Assembly (NCBI GenBank): GCA_942493275.1
Contig: OW818687.1
Location: forward strand, 176,743 to 240,742
Length of the DNA: 64,000 bases
Direction: 5' to 3'
Source: an uncultured Coriobacteriia bacterium
GTDB lineage: Bacteria > Actinomycetota > Coriobacteriia > Anaerosomatales > PHET01
Shown here: in pieces, positions 11,138-23,495 of the stretch
How positions within the stretch are numbered: the stretch's first letter is position 1
Layout of the letters: each line of letters starts with the position of its first letter
Notes under the pieces: generated by a model
Seen by the model: the letters and a program-made list of their open reading frames with translations, nothing else
What the model was told of the DNA's origin: nothing
Database searches by the model: none
Program-made: the position numbers and the translations under genes

Positions 11138-11434
11138 CTAACGATCTGCGGAGAGGCGGTCGAGCGCGCGGCGATAGCCGTCAGCTCCGTAGTTGAGCGC
11201 CTTGCTCACACGCGAAATGGTGGTGGCCGATGCGCCGGTCGACTCCTGGATGGCCGAGTAGTGCCCGCCCTCCGAAAGCAGTCGCGCAACCTCGAGACGC
11301 TGGGCCATCTCCTGGATCTCCCGGACCGTACACAGGTCCACCAGCAGCGCGTATGCGTCATCGGGGCTTTCGAGGGTCAGCAGGGCTCGCAGGAGCTCTT
11401 CGACTTCAGGAGTACGAAGGCGGTCTTCAGGCAT
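11138..11434 (-). CDS. yerC: YerC/YecD family TrpR-related helix-turn-helix regulator (candidate HisR)
   Basis: DLCTVREIQEMAQRLEVARLL...YSAIQESTGASATTISRVSKALNYGADGY is typical of this family. Confidence 0.88.
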   Translation of the reverse strand: MPEDRLRTPEVEELLRALLTLESPDDAYALLVDLCTVREIQEMAQRLEVARLLSEGGHYSAIQESTGASATTISRVSKALNYGADGYRRALDRLSADR

Positions 11435-11591
11435 GAATTAACGACTCCCCCTGAGTCGGCGTGAACCACTATATGTCGGGGTCAGGATAGCACGGAGGAC
11501 CGACATGATGTGCCTGTGGATAGCCGAACGGCTGTTCGTCGATGACGAACGGCGGGGCCTGCCCAGAAGGGTGCGCGGCACCCTCCGTCCG

Positions 11592-12854
11592 TCAGGTTAT
11601 GGGCGATATCGGCTCGTCCGGCGGCAGCGCGTCACCGAGCTTTACCGGGCCGTGTTCGCGGTGCCCGTCGCGGTCGATCGAGGCAGCGTATCCGAGAGTC
11701 GAAAGCGCGACGATGGCGGCAATCACGCCTCCCCCGATCATCACCGCCTGCACCCCGAAGACCGCTGCCAGACCCGGCGCGACCATCAGCGGCACGAGTT
11801 CGCCTCCGGACCGATGCAGATGAGCCGTGCCCATCACGCGTCCCACGTACTCCGGCGGCGCGTCCAGCTGCAGCAGAGTACGCAGCAGTGGCTCCGTCAC
11901 GCCGATGACACCACCGAGGAACAGCGAGCCGGCCGCGATCAACGGCAACTTGTCACTGCCCACGTAGGCACCGACGGACAGCCCGATCATCGCCACTCCG
12001 GCTGCCAGAGCGCGCGCCGAGGTGGCCTTGGCCGACAGCCTCGTCAGCAGGAAGGCGCCCGCGCCGATGCCGATGCCGAACAGCGAGTTCATCCAGCCGA
12101 TCCACTCCACGCCCACGCCGACCACGTCTCGGTAGAACAAGGGTTCCAACGCCGAGAAGGCCCCGAAGGTGAACCAGATGAGCGTGCCCATGAGGATGTA
12201 GTAGCGCACGCTGCGCAGCCCGTACGACAGCTTGATGCCATCTACGAGCTCCGTGAACGGGTGCCCGTGCTCGCCATGTCCGAGCGGCTTCGTCTTCACG
12301 GGGAGGACCAGCAATGCGCCGATTCCGGTCAGGACGGCATCGACGTAGAACACCGCCTCCGTGTTCCAGGTCGATGCGACCGCGGCACCCATCGCGGGGC
12401 CCAGCACGAACGCAAGCGCCCCGGCGCCCTCGAGCAGGGCGTTGACACTCTCGATCTTCTCGGGATCGTCATGTCCGAGGTAGGGCGCGAACGAACCGGT
12501 GGCGGTCATTATCGGCGCGGTCACGAGGCCGAAGAGGCCGCATGCGCCGATGAGCCACGGCAGCGAGGTGACAAAGGGCACCATGAGGGCGATGGGAATG
12601 TAGAGCGCCTGGGCGCCGACCATCACGTTTCGCGGCCCGAAGCGGTCGATGAAGACGCCTGAGATCGCCGAGCCGATCATCGAGGCGACCGCAAGGACCC
12701 CCATGAGCAGCGCGATCTGCGACGGCGTTGCGTCGAACTTGTAGGCCGCGAGGCCCCATACGCCTATGAAGAATGCCGCCTCACCACCCGCACGGGCGAC
12801 GAAGCGGGCGACGACGACGAGAGTCGTGTCGCGATCGCGGAAGAACATGCCCAC
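11592..12854 (-). CDS. MFS transporter
   Basis: About 12 hydrophobic segments; MFS motif A-like SGVFIDRFGPRNVM. Confidence 0.85.
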   Translation of the reverse strand: MGMFFRDRDTTLVVVARFVARAGGEAAFFIGVWGLAAYKFDATPSQIALLMGVLAVASMIGSAISGVFIDRFGPRNVMVGAQALYIPIALMVPFVTSLPWLIGACGLFGLVTAPIMTATGSFAPYLGHDDPEKIESVNALLEGAGALAFVLGPAMGAAVASTWNTEAVFYVDAVLTGIGALLVLPVKTKPLGHGEHGHPFTELVDGIKLSYGLRSVRYYILMGTLIWFTFGAFSALEPLFYRDVVGVGVEWIGWMNSLFGIGIGAGAFLLTRLSAKATSARALAAGVAMIGLSVGAYVGSDKLPLIAAGSLFLGGVIGVTEPLLRTLLQLDAPPEYVGRVMGTAHLHRSGGELVPLMVAPGLAAVFGVQAVMIGGGVIAAIVALSTLGYAASIDRDGHREHGPVKLGDALPPDEPISPIT

Positions 12855-12952
12855 CCCTACAACGCGAGCACCCTGATATTCAGGCGCCCTGAGTATGCAA
12901 CAAAGAGATGATTCTATGCGCTAAGCGGACGTATTGCCAGAGCGCTGCGGAG

Positions 12953-13711
12953 TCAGGCGAGCACGGAGACCGGGTTCTCCAGTGAGCCGACGCCCTGGAT
13001 CCTCACCTCGACGGAGTCGCCATCGGAAATCGGCCCGATCCCGCCCGGCGTCCCGGTCAGAATCACGTCACCGGGCACGAGCGTCATGACCTGGCTCACG
13101 AAACTGATTATCTCGAAGGGATCGAACAGCATCTCGCTCGTCCGAGCTCTCTGGCGCACCTCGCCGTTCACCCGGCACTCGAGCGCGACGTCCGAGACGT
13201 CGATGTCGGTTGCCACCCAAGGACCGAGGGGGCAGAACCCGTCGAACCCTTTCGCCCGGGACCACTGGCCGTCGCGCTTCTGCAGGTCGCGGGCGGTCAC
13301 GTCGTTTGCGCAGGTGAATCCGAGCACGTTGTGTGCGGCCATCTCGGGAGTGACCCGGTGCGTCCGCCGCCCGATGACGACGGCAAGCTCGGCCTCATGG
13401 TCGACCCTCCCCACACCCGGGGGGAGAGGAATCGGCTGCCCGGGACCGATGACTGCGGTCGACGGTTTCAGGAAGATGACCGGCTCGTCCGGAAACGCGT
13501 GTCCCATCTCGGCGATGTGCGGCCGGTAGTTGAGACCGACGCACACGACTTTGGTGGGAACGCAGGGAGCAAGGAGCGTGGCAGCCGCCAGTGGCATCTC
13601 GCCATCGGGCTCCCAGGCCGCAAAAGGCTCTTCACTCAGGAGGGTGATCGTTTCCGCGTCTGCGAGTCCGTATCGGCAGTCGCCCTCGAAGAGCACGCGT
13701 ACTACGCGCAT
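12953..13711 (-). CDS. fumarylacetoacetate hydrolase family protein
   Basis: KVVCVGLNY, PVIFLKP, DHEAELAVVIG, ANDVTARD, RAKGFDGFCPLGP, GDVILTGTP; start at 13711 after an AGGAG RBS. Confidence 0.92.
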   Translation of the reverse strand: MRVVRVLFEGDCRYGLADAETITLLSEEPFAAWEPDGEMPLAAATLLAPCVPTKVVCVGLNYRPHIAEMGHAFPDEPVIFLKPSTAVIGPGQPIPLPPGVGRVDHEAELAVVIGRRTHRVTPEMAAHNVLGFTCANDVTARDLQKRDGQWSRAKGFDGFCPLGPWVATDIDVSDVALECRVNGEVRQRARTSEMLFDPFEIISFVSQVMTLVPGDVILTGTPGGIGPISDGDSVEVRIQGVGSLENPVSVLA

Positions 13712-13797
13712 TCCGCTCTCCTTGATACGTGTCAGACCATCGCCGTTCACTTCGACGCTCATATGCTCGCTCCTCTATTGCAAATCGGTCTCTCACG

Positions 13798-15636
13798 CTA
13801 GTTCCCGGCCTCTGCCTCACGCAGCATCCGCTCGTAGACCGGCACCTCGGGCACCACGTCCCGCCACTTCTCGGTAACCAGGGCCGCACGACGGGCCGCG
13901 TCGAGATCTCCGGCAGCCAGCTCGAGATGCAGCACCTCGGCATCCAGCTCGGGCAGCGAGGGGCTCAACGCAGCGGCATGCACGAGACGGGCGCGCTCCC
14001 AGGTGACGTCGGTGCGTCCCGTTCTCATCGCGTCATCCAGGCTGAGCCGAACCAACTCGACCAGATAAGGAGCGTATTCCCTGACGCCGAAGGGCGCCGC
14101 ATCCACGGAAGCCTGGTAGCGCCGAAACCCTTCCGGCTCACTCGACCGAGCGAGCAGCCGGCCCTCCTGCCAGAGGCTGACGAAACGGTAGAAGGCGACC
14201 TGGGGCTGGTGTGCCTGGGCCCGAGACGCCTGGTCGAGTGCACCGCCGGTGCCCGTGGTGGGCGCAGAGAACTCCACCCACGCCGCGACGGAGTGAAAGC
14301 CGAGGTATGCCGCGAGAATCACGGCGAACAACGCCGCGGCCCAGCGAGGATTGGCCAGCGCTATCCTCTCGGACGTCTCCTCGGTGGACGGCCCCACCAG
14401 CGCGAGCCCTGCGATGAAGACTGGGAATGCGCCGTACACCAACGGAAACGGGACAAAGAGGGCGGCGTACCCGAAGCCAAGCGCGGAGACCGCGTAGCTC
14501 CACCGCACGAGCCTGCCTCTGTCTGTAGCGAACGTGCCTCCGAAGACGTCTCGCGCCCACGACCACGAGATGACCAGCAGCGCTGCCAGACCGAGAAGGC
14601 CGAAGTCGACGAACAGGAGTACCAGGAGGGAGTGCGGATCAAGCGGAAGCTCCTGATCCGGGTCCGGGTAGTGCTCTGTCAGGTAGAGGTTGTGCGAGAA
14701 GTACTTCTGCCCCTCGAACGCATATTGGTCGGGACCGACACCGAACCAGGGGTGGGTCCGAATCTCCTGCACGGCCGCTTTCCACATCTCAACTCGCGTC
14801 ACGGCGCTACGACCGAAGAACGTGTCGGAAGCCAACCCTTCGCCCTGGGGCGGAAGTGAATCGGTCACGTACAGCGTGCCGACCAGCATGAATACGAGGG
14901 CGCCGGCGGAAAGGACTCCGATAATCCATCGTCGTGCCGTACTGCCCCGCCGCATGCCGAGGAGCCCGGGCGCCAGCCACGCAGCGATGAGCACTTCGGC
15001 GGCCAGTCCGACGAAACCCGCCATCGTGCGCGTGGCGAGCACCGCGGCCACAAAGAGCGCCGCGGCGCCGACCCACGCGCCACGGAGACGCGGACGTGAC
15101 TCCGCAACAGCGAAGCCGAGCGCGAGAGGCGCGAACAGAAGCATCATCGGCGCGAACAGGTCGACGTTCTCGTAAGCCACCGTCACGTGTCCCGTGGCGA
15201 TAGCCTGCACGAGACCGATCGCCGCTATCGGCAGCGCCCACGCAAACTGCCACTTCACGACGTGACTGGTCGCGTGACTGAGAGTGACTCTGGTCGCGGC
15301 GCCCATCACGCAGATAAGCGCAAGCCAGTAGGCGCCCGAGACTCCCGTTGCGCCGCCATACGAGACGGCGAGGTCCGGGAAGCGCGACAGCAGAGACGAG
15401 GCGACCACAGCGGCGATTGCGATGCTCAGGCCGAGGAAGAACGGCCGCCTTCTACGATCGAGGCGCTGAAGCCCACCGTACGCCCATACGCACAGCCACG
15501 CGGCGCCGGCCAGCAGCGTGAGGCCGAATCTGGGGTAGTACACGCCCGCTCCCGGAAGCCACGCGAAGGAAGAGAGCCCGGTGATGACGATCGCTATGCT
15601 CTGGGCCCGGGCCGCGGCTGAAGGGGAACGCCTCAT
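13798..15636 (-). CDS. O-antigen ligase (Wzy_C) family membrane protein with C-terminal helical domain; candidate O-oligosaccharyltransferase
   Basis: Many TM helices; RVEMWKAAVQEIRTHPWFGVGPDQY...DPHSLLV Wzy_C signature; ATGA overlap with the cimA stop. Confidence 0.8.
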   Translation of the reverse strand: MRRSPSAAARAQSIAIVITGLSSFAWLPGAGVYYPRFGLTLLAGAAWLCVWAYGGLQRLDRRRRPFFLGLSIAIAAVVASSLLSRFPDLAVSYGGATGVSGAYWLALICVMGAATRVTLSHATSHVVKWQFAWALPIAAIGLVQAIATGHVTVAYENVDLFAPMMLLFAPLALGFAVAESRPRLRGAWVGAAALFVAAVLATRTMAGFVGLAAEVLIAAWLAPGLLGMRRGSTARRWIIGVLSAGALVFMLVGTLYVTDSLPPQGEGLASDTFFGRSAVTRVEMWKAAVQEIRTHPWFGVGPDQYAFEGQKYFSHNLYLTEHYPDPDQELPLDPHSLLVLLFVDFGLLGLAALLVISWSWARDVFGGTFATDRGRLVRWSYAVSALGFGYAALFVPFPLVYGAFPVFIAGLALVGPSTEETSERIALANPRWAAALFAVILAAYLGFHSVAAWVEFSAPTTGTGGALDQASRAQAHQPQVAFYRFVSLWQEGRLLARSSEPEGFRRYQASVDAAPFGVREYAPYLVELVRLSLDDAMRTGRTDVTWERARLVHAAALSPSLPELDAEVLHLELAAGDLDAARRAALVTEKWRDVVPEVPVYERMLREAEAGN

Positions 15637-17216
15637 TGCCCCGAGCCGTCACCCGATCCGTGCGTGAGGCCGTACTCGACCGCGTCGACGAGCGCTTCCC
15701 ACGACGCCTCGATGATGTTCTCCGAGACGCCCACGGTGCCCCAGCTGTTCTCGTGGTCGCCGGTCTCGATGAGCACTCGGGTGACCGCCTCGGTGCCCTT
15801 CTTCTCCTCGAGCACGCGCACCTTGAAGTCGATGAGCGACATCGTGTCGAGCGCGGGGTAGAAGCGCCCGATCGCGATGCGCAGCGCCCGATCGAGAGCG
15901 TTGACGGGGCCGTTGCCCTCGGCAGTGGCGATGTAGCGATGCCCGCCGACATGAACCTTGATCGTGGCCTCGGTCGCCACACGGCCATCCTCGCGCTTCT
16001 CGGCGATTACGCGGAAACTCTCGAGGCGGAACAGCGGCTCGTACGTACCGAGCTTCTTCTTCAGCATCATCTCGAGGCTGCCGTCGGCCGCCTCGAAGCT
16101 ATAGCCCTGGTACTCGAGGTCCTTGATTGCGTCGAGCACCTCGCCGGCGGTCTCGCCCGACAGTTCGATGCCCATCTGCTGGGCCTTCATGGCGATGGAT
16201 GCGCGTCCCGCCAGCTCGCTGACGACCACGCGAGCCAGGTTGCCCACCGAGGCCGGATCGATGTGCTCGTAGGCCTCGGGCAGACGCGCCGCCGCGCTCG
16301 CGTGAACGCCGCCCTTGTGCGCGAATGCGCTGGAGCCCACGTAAGGGTGGTGCGGATTGGGGCTGATGTTCGCCGTCTCGGCGACGAAGTGGCTCACCTC
16401 GGTAAGGAGTTTGAGCTGCTCGCGCGAGATGCACTCCTCCTCCATCTTGAGGACGAGCGACGGGATGATCCCTACCAGGTCGGCGTTGCCGGCGCGCTCG
16501 CCGTAGCCGTTAATGGTGCCTTGCACGTGGACACAGCCCGCGTCGACAGCTACGAGCGAGTTGGCGACCGCGCACGCCGCATCGTTGTGCGCGTGCATCC
16601 CGAGCGGCACGACGATCTCCTGCGCGACCTCGCGCACCACGCGCGCGACGACGTGCGGCAGGGTTCCACCGTTGGTGTCGCACAGCACGATCGCGTCCGC
16701 GCCCGCATCAGCGGCCGCTCGACACACCTCGAGAGCGTAGTCGGCGTTGGCTGCGTAGCCGTCGAAGAAGTGCTCGGCGTCGAAGAACACGGTGCGGCCA
16801 GCCGCTTTCAGGTACGCGACCGAGTCCCGAACCATCGCCACGTTCTCGTCGAGCGTGGTCTGAAGGGTCTCGGTCACGTGAACGTCCCACGCCTTGCCAA
16901 AGATGCACAGCGCCGAGCAGCCCGTATCGAGAAGCGCCTGGAGCCCGGCGTCATCCTCGGGCGCGACGTTCTTGCGCCGAGTCGATCCGAACGCCGAGAC
17001 GATGGCGTGCTCGAGTTTCAGGTCGCGCGCGCGCTCGAAGAACTCGATGTCCTTGGGGTTGGACCCCGGGAAACCGCCCTCGATGTAGTCCACGCCGAGC
17101 ACGTCGAGCTTGGCCGCAATGCGCAGTTTGTCGTCGACCGACAGCGAGAGGCCCTCTCGCTGAGTCCCGTCGCGGAGGGTGGTGTCATAGATGGTGACCA
17201 CTGGGGCTCCCGTCAC
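15633..17216 (-). CDS. cimA: citramalate synthase
   Basis: YDTTLRDGTQREG, IEGGFPGSNPKD, GNGPVNALD and WGTVGVSENIIEASWEAL match the CimA clade, distinct from the separate leuA. Confidence 0.88.
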   Translation of the reverse strand: MTGAPVVTIYDTTLRDGTQREGLSLSVDDKLRIAAKLDVLGVDYIEGGFPGSNPKDIEFFERARDLKLEHAIVSAFGSTRRKNVAPEDDAGLQALLDTGCSALCIFGKAWDVHVTETLQTTLDENVAMVRDSVAYLKAAGRTVFFDAEHFFDGYAANADYALEVCRAAADAGADAIVLCDTNGGTLPHVVARVVREVAQEIVVPLGMHAHNDAACAVANSLVAVDAGCVHVQGTINGYGERAGNADLVGIIPSLVLKMEEECISREQLKLLTEVSHFVAETANISPNPHHPYVGSSAFAHKGGVHASAAARLPEAYEHIDPASVGNLARVVVSELAGRASIAMKAQQMGIELSGETAGEVLDAIKDLEYQGYSFEAADGSLEMMLKKKLGTYEPLFRLESFRVIAEKREDGRVATEATIKVHVGGHRYIATAEGNGPVNALDRALRIAIGRFYPALDTMSLIDFKVRVLEEKKGTEAVTRVLIETGDHENSWGTVGVSENIIEASWEALVDAVEYGLTHGSGDGSGQ

Positions 17217-17227
17217 ACGGTCTGAGA

Positions 17228-18142
17228 TCAGAGTCGGTCGAGCCACTCCTCGTACGCCGGCTCCTCGCCATGTACCACGCGGAAGAACGTCTCCTGCAGG
17301 TCCTTGGTGATGGGGCCGGGGTCGCCGATCTCGTGACCGTCGATGGAGCGAACAGGGACCAACTCGGCGGCGGAGCCCGTCATGAAGAACTCATCAGCCG
17401 AGTACAGGTCGGTGCGGACCAGCGACTCCTCGAGAACCGGGTAGCCGAGGTCGTCGGCGATGATCATGATCGAATCGCGGGTGATGCCCTCGAGCAGACC
17501 GTCCGAGACGGGCGGAGTCGAGATCACGCCGTCGCGCACGATGAAGAGGTTCTCGCCGGTACCCTCACAGACCTTGCCTTCTTCGTTGAGCAGGACCGCC
17601 TCGGCATAGCCATGACGGTTTGCCTCGATGCGCGCGAACGAGCTGTTGAGGTACTGGCCGGTCGCCTTGACCGCCGGCGGCGTCGAGTTGATGCCGCGCT
17701 GGCGCCAGCTGGACACGCCAACGGCAACGCCCTTGGTGAGACCGTCCTCGCCCAGATAGGTGTCCCACGGCCATGCAGCGATGGAGATGCTGACCGGGGC
17801 GGGAATCGGGTCGAGACCCATGACGCCGTAACCCCGAAACGCGATGGGGCGGATGTAGCACGAAGTCAACCCGTTGACCCGGATGGTCTCCTTGACGGCC
17901 TCGACCATCTCGTCCACCGAGTATCCCAGGTCCATGTAGAGCATCTTGGCCGAGCGCTCGAAGCGCTCCATGTGATCGCGAAGGCGGAAGACCGCCGGAC
18001 CATCGGGGGTCTCGTAGCAGCGGATACCTTCGAAGACGCCGGAGCCGTAGTGGAGCGCGTGAGTGAGTACGTGCACCTGGGCCTTATCCCAGTCGACGAG
18101 CTCGCCGTCCATCCAGATCTTGTCCACGGTCGGAAGCGACAT
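17228..18142 (-). CDS. ilvE: branched-chain amino acid aminotransferase
   Basis: HALHYGSGVFEGIRCY, VKATGQYLNS, EGTGENLF, LEGITRDS, FMTGSAAE. Confidence 0.96.
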   Translation of the reverse strand: MSLPTVDKIWMDGELVDWDKAQVHVLTHALHYGSGVFEGIRCYETPDGPAVFRLRDHMERFERSAKMLYMDLGYSVDEMVEAVKETIRVNGLTSCYIRPIAFRGYGVMGLDPIPAPVSISIAAWPWDTYLGEDGLTKGVAVGVSSWRQRGINSTPPAVKATGQYLNSSFARIEANRHGYAEAVLLNEEGKVCEGTGENLFIVRDGVISTPPVSDGLLEGITRDSIMIIADDLGYPVLEESLVRTDLYSADEFFMTGSAAELVPVRSIDGHEIGDPGPITKDLQETFFRVVHGEEPAYEEWLDRL

Positions 18143-18252
18143 CGCGTACACACCCCTTTCAGCGTAATCGGCTATGTAGGCACATTAGTGTACGCGAGCG
18201 CGCCCCACTATGCACCGCAGTGAATCGGTGCGGAATCCGCGAACTGCGTCGA

Positions 18253-19365
18253 TCAGCCGAGCAGCTCCACCACGAGGTCGCCCATGCGCGACGTCCCAAC
18301 GACCTTGTCCGCATCGGTATCCGCGGCGGCGATGTCTTTGGTGCGCCAGCCGGCGTCGAGCACGCGCTCGATTGCGGCGGCGAGCTCATCGGCAGCGCCG
18401 TGCATGTCGAAGCTGTAGCGCAGCATCAGCTCGACCGAGAGGAGCATGGCAAGCGGATTCGCAATCCCCTGCCCGGCGATATCGGGGGCCGACCCGTGAC
18501 TCGGCTCGTAGAGCGCCGTGCCATCGCCGAGCGACGCAGACGCCAGCATCCCGAGCGAACCCGTGAGCATCGACGCCTCGTCGGAGAGGATGTCGCCAAA
18601 CATGTTCTCAGTCACCATCACGTCGAACTGAGCGGGCCAGCGGATAAGCTGCATCGCCGAGTTGTCGACGAGCTGGTCGACGAGTTCGACGTCGGAGTAC
18701 TCGGCCTCGTGCAGACGATGCACGACCTCACGCCAGAGCCGGGACGACTCGAGGACGTTGGCCTTGTCGACGCTGTGAACCTTGTTGCCGCGCGTACGCG
18801 CCGCCTCGAACGCGGTGCGGGCGATCCGCGCAATCTCAAACTCGCGATAGTCCATCGTGTCGTAGGCGCGCATGCCGACCGCGCCGTTCTCGCCAGCGCC
18901 CTCGACGTCGGTCTCGCGAGCCCTGTCTCCGAAGTACAGGCCACCGGTGAGCTCGCGCACGATGAGCATGTCGACACCCTCGAGGAACTCGGGCTTCAGG
19001 GTCGACGCATCGCGAAGCGAATCGAAGATCTTGACCGGGCGCAGGTTCGCGAAGAGCCCGAGCGCCTTGCGGATGCCGAGGAGCCCCTGTTCAGGACGAG
19101 GCTTGGCGGGATCGGTGGTGTCCCACTTGGGGCCGCCGATCGCTGCGAGAAGGACAGCATCAGAGCGGTGGGCGACCTCGAGGGTTTCATCGGGAAGCGC
19201 GGTACCCGTGGCGTCGATGGCCGCCCCGCCGAGCAGCGCCTCCTCGAACACGAAGGTCACGCCATGGCGCTCGCCGATCGCGCCGAGGACCTTCACGGCC
19301 TCAGCGGTGATCTCGGGACCGATCCCGTCGCCGGGAAGCAGGCAGATGCTCTTGTGGACAGGCAA
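18253..19365 (-). CDS. leuB: 3-isopropylmalate dehydrogenase
   Basis: [52 protein letters not shown]; TTG start after AGGAGG. Confidence 0.97.
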   Translation of the reverse strand: MPVHKSICLLPGDGIGPEITAEAVKVLGAIGERHGVTFVFEEALLGGAAIDATGTALPDETLEVAHRSDAVLLAAIGGPKWDTTDPAKPRPEQGLLGIRKALGLFANLRPVKIFDSLRDASTLKPEFLEGVDMLIVRELTGGLYFGDRARETDVEGAGENGAVGMRAYDTMDYREFEIARIARTAFEAARTRGNKVHSVDKANVLESSRLWREVVHRLHEAEYSDVELVDQLVDNSAMQLIRWPAQFDVMVTENMFGDILSDEASMLTGSLGMLASASLGDGTALYEPSHGSAPDIAGQGIANPLAMLLSVELMLRYSFDMHGAADELAAAIERVLDAGWRTKDIAAADTDADKVVGTSRMGDLVVELLG

Positions 19366-19434
19366 CGGTTCCTCCTGAGGGTCGAGTGTGCGCATCATTC
19401 TATCGCACCACCACGACGCCACAATCGGTCTCGT

Positions 19435-21419
<1,985 letters not shown>

Positions 21420-22880
21420 CTAGTGATCGCGGTCGTAGTCATCTTCGAGACGAACGATGTCGTCCTCACCAAGGTACTCTCCCACCTGGACCTCGATGAC
21501 CTTCAGCAGTACCTTCCCGCAGTTCTCGATCCTATGTACCGAGCCCACGGGGATGTAGGCGCTCTCGTTCACGTGGACCTCGAGCCGCTCGTCGTCTCGC
21601 GTGACGATCGCGGTGCCCGAGACGACGATCCAGTGCTCGGAACGGTGATGGTGTCTCTGCATGCTGGGCTTGGCGCCCGGCTTGATCTCAAGGAGCTTGA
21701 TCTGGAATCCCGGGCCCTTGAGCAGGCTCGTCCACGAGCCCCAGGGACGCAGGCTGACCTTGGGCTGAACGACCTCCTCGGCACCTATGGCCTTGAGGCT
21801 CTCGACGATCAGGCGGACGTCCTGAGCCCTGTCCTTGGGCGCGACGAGTGTCGCATCGGCGGTGTCGACGACCAGCAGGTCCTTGATGCCGAGTGTCGCC
21901 ACAAGGCGGTCGGTGCTGAAGATGATGCTGTCTGAGCTGTCGATGTCCACGCCCCTGCCCACGCGCACGATACCGTGCCCGTCGGCGGCCGTGATCTCCT
22001 CGAGCGCAAGCAGCGAACCCACGTCGCTCCAGTCCAGCTCGGCGGGGATCGTGACGACGCGGTCGGACCGCTCCATGACGGCGTAGTCGATCGAGATGCT
22101 CGGCAGGGCCGAGAAGCGGAGACGCGCCTCGTCGGCGTCCAGGGTCTTTGCTTTGGCTTCCGACGCGAACCAACGTGCGGTCTCGGCGATCAGAGCGGTG
22201 TCCTCGTGGGCCGCCAGCTCGTCGAGCACCTGCGACGCCTTCATCACGAACACGCCCGCATTCCAGGAGTACTCGCCACTGGCCACGTACTCCTCGGCGA
22301 CCTTGAGTTCGGGCTTCTCGACGAACCGCAACGCGCGGTGAGGGACGGCTTCACCAACGGCGAACTCGGACATCTCCTCGCCGCTCTGGATGTAGCCGTA
22401 GCCCGTCTCCGGCCTCGATGGCGCGATGCCGATCGTGACCAGGTAGTCCGCACGTGCGAGCTCGATGCCGCTCTCCAGGCATGCCTTCCAGAGGGCGCCA
22501 CCGTCCAGGAGATGGTCGGAGGGCAACACCACCATCACCGCATCGGGGCTCTCGACCTCGAGCGTGGCGGCCGCCAGCGCGATTGCGGGAGCGGTGTTTC
22601 TCGGAGTCGGCTCTACGAGGTATCGCAGGTGGTGGAGGGCGACGTCGGGCTGCGCGGTGAGGTGGTTGCGCATCTCGTCGAAGAGACGCTCATTGGTCAC
22701 GATGTAGACCGCCTCGCACTGGGCTGCACCGTCAACCCGGTGAACCGCCTGGGCGATCAGAGACTCCTGCCCAAAGACCGAAAGAAGCTGCTTTGGGGAC
22801 AGTTCTCGAGACAGCGGCCAGAACCTCGTGCCGCTACCTCCCGCAAGGATGACGGCGTATACCGGCTCGGAAACGCTCAC
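21420..22880 (-). CDS. manC: mannose-1-phosphate guanylyltransferase / mannose-6-phosphate isomerase
   Basis: ILAGGSGTRFWPLSR..PKQLL, RNTAPAI, FVEKP, SIDYAVME, WSDVGS; C-terminal cupin RPWG...HHHRSEHW. Confidence 0.95.
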   Translation of the reverse strand: MSVSEPVYAVILAGGSGTRFWPLSRELSPKQLLSVFGQESLIAQAVHRVDGAAQCEAVYIVTNERLFDEMRNHLTAQPDVALHHLRYLVEPTPRNTAPAIALAAATLEVESPDAVMVVLPSDHLLDGGALWKACLESGIELARADYLVTIGIAPSRPETGYGYIQSGEEMSEFAVGEAVPHRALRFVEKPELKVAEEYVASGEYSWNAGVFVMKASQVLDELAAHEDTALIAETARWFASEAKAKTLDADEARLRFSALPSISIDYAVMERSDRVVTIPAELDWSDVGSLLALEEITAADGHGIVRVGRGVDIDSSDSIIFSTDRLVATLGIKDLLVVDTADATLVAPKDRAQDVRLIVESLKAIGAEEVVQPKVSLRPWGSWTSLLKGPGFQIKLLEIKPGAKPSMQRHHHRSEHWIVVSGTAIVTRDDERLEVHVNESAYIPVGSVHRIENCGKVLLKVIEVQVGEYLGEDDIVRLEDDYDRDH

Positions 22881-22919
22881 TCGACACTCCTTCTAGCCTC
22901 AGCGGACGGTACCTGCGCG

Positions 22920-23417
<498 letters not shown>

Positions 23418-23454
23418 GCGGAGCTCCTTATGCACACGGAATCACGGACGTATA

Positions 23455-23463
23455 ACTATATCA
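23455..23463 (-). promoter_or_regulatory. extended -10 promoter element (TGATATAGT) upstream of leuD
   Basis: TGn-TAnnnT motif about 40 nt upstream of the leuD start. Confidence 0.45.
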
Positions 23464-23495
23464 GGTGACGTGCGGGCGGCGGCGCTCCCACTGGG

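Noticed and set aside
11534-11584. Two hairpins (11534-11550 and 11568-11584) downstream of the MFS gene as terminator or ncRNA
   Set aside because: No U-tract and no recognisable ncRNA motif; too weak to call.
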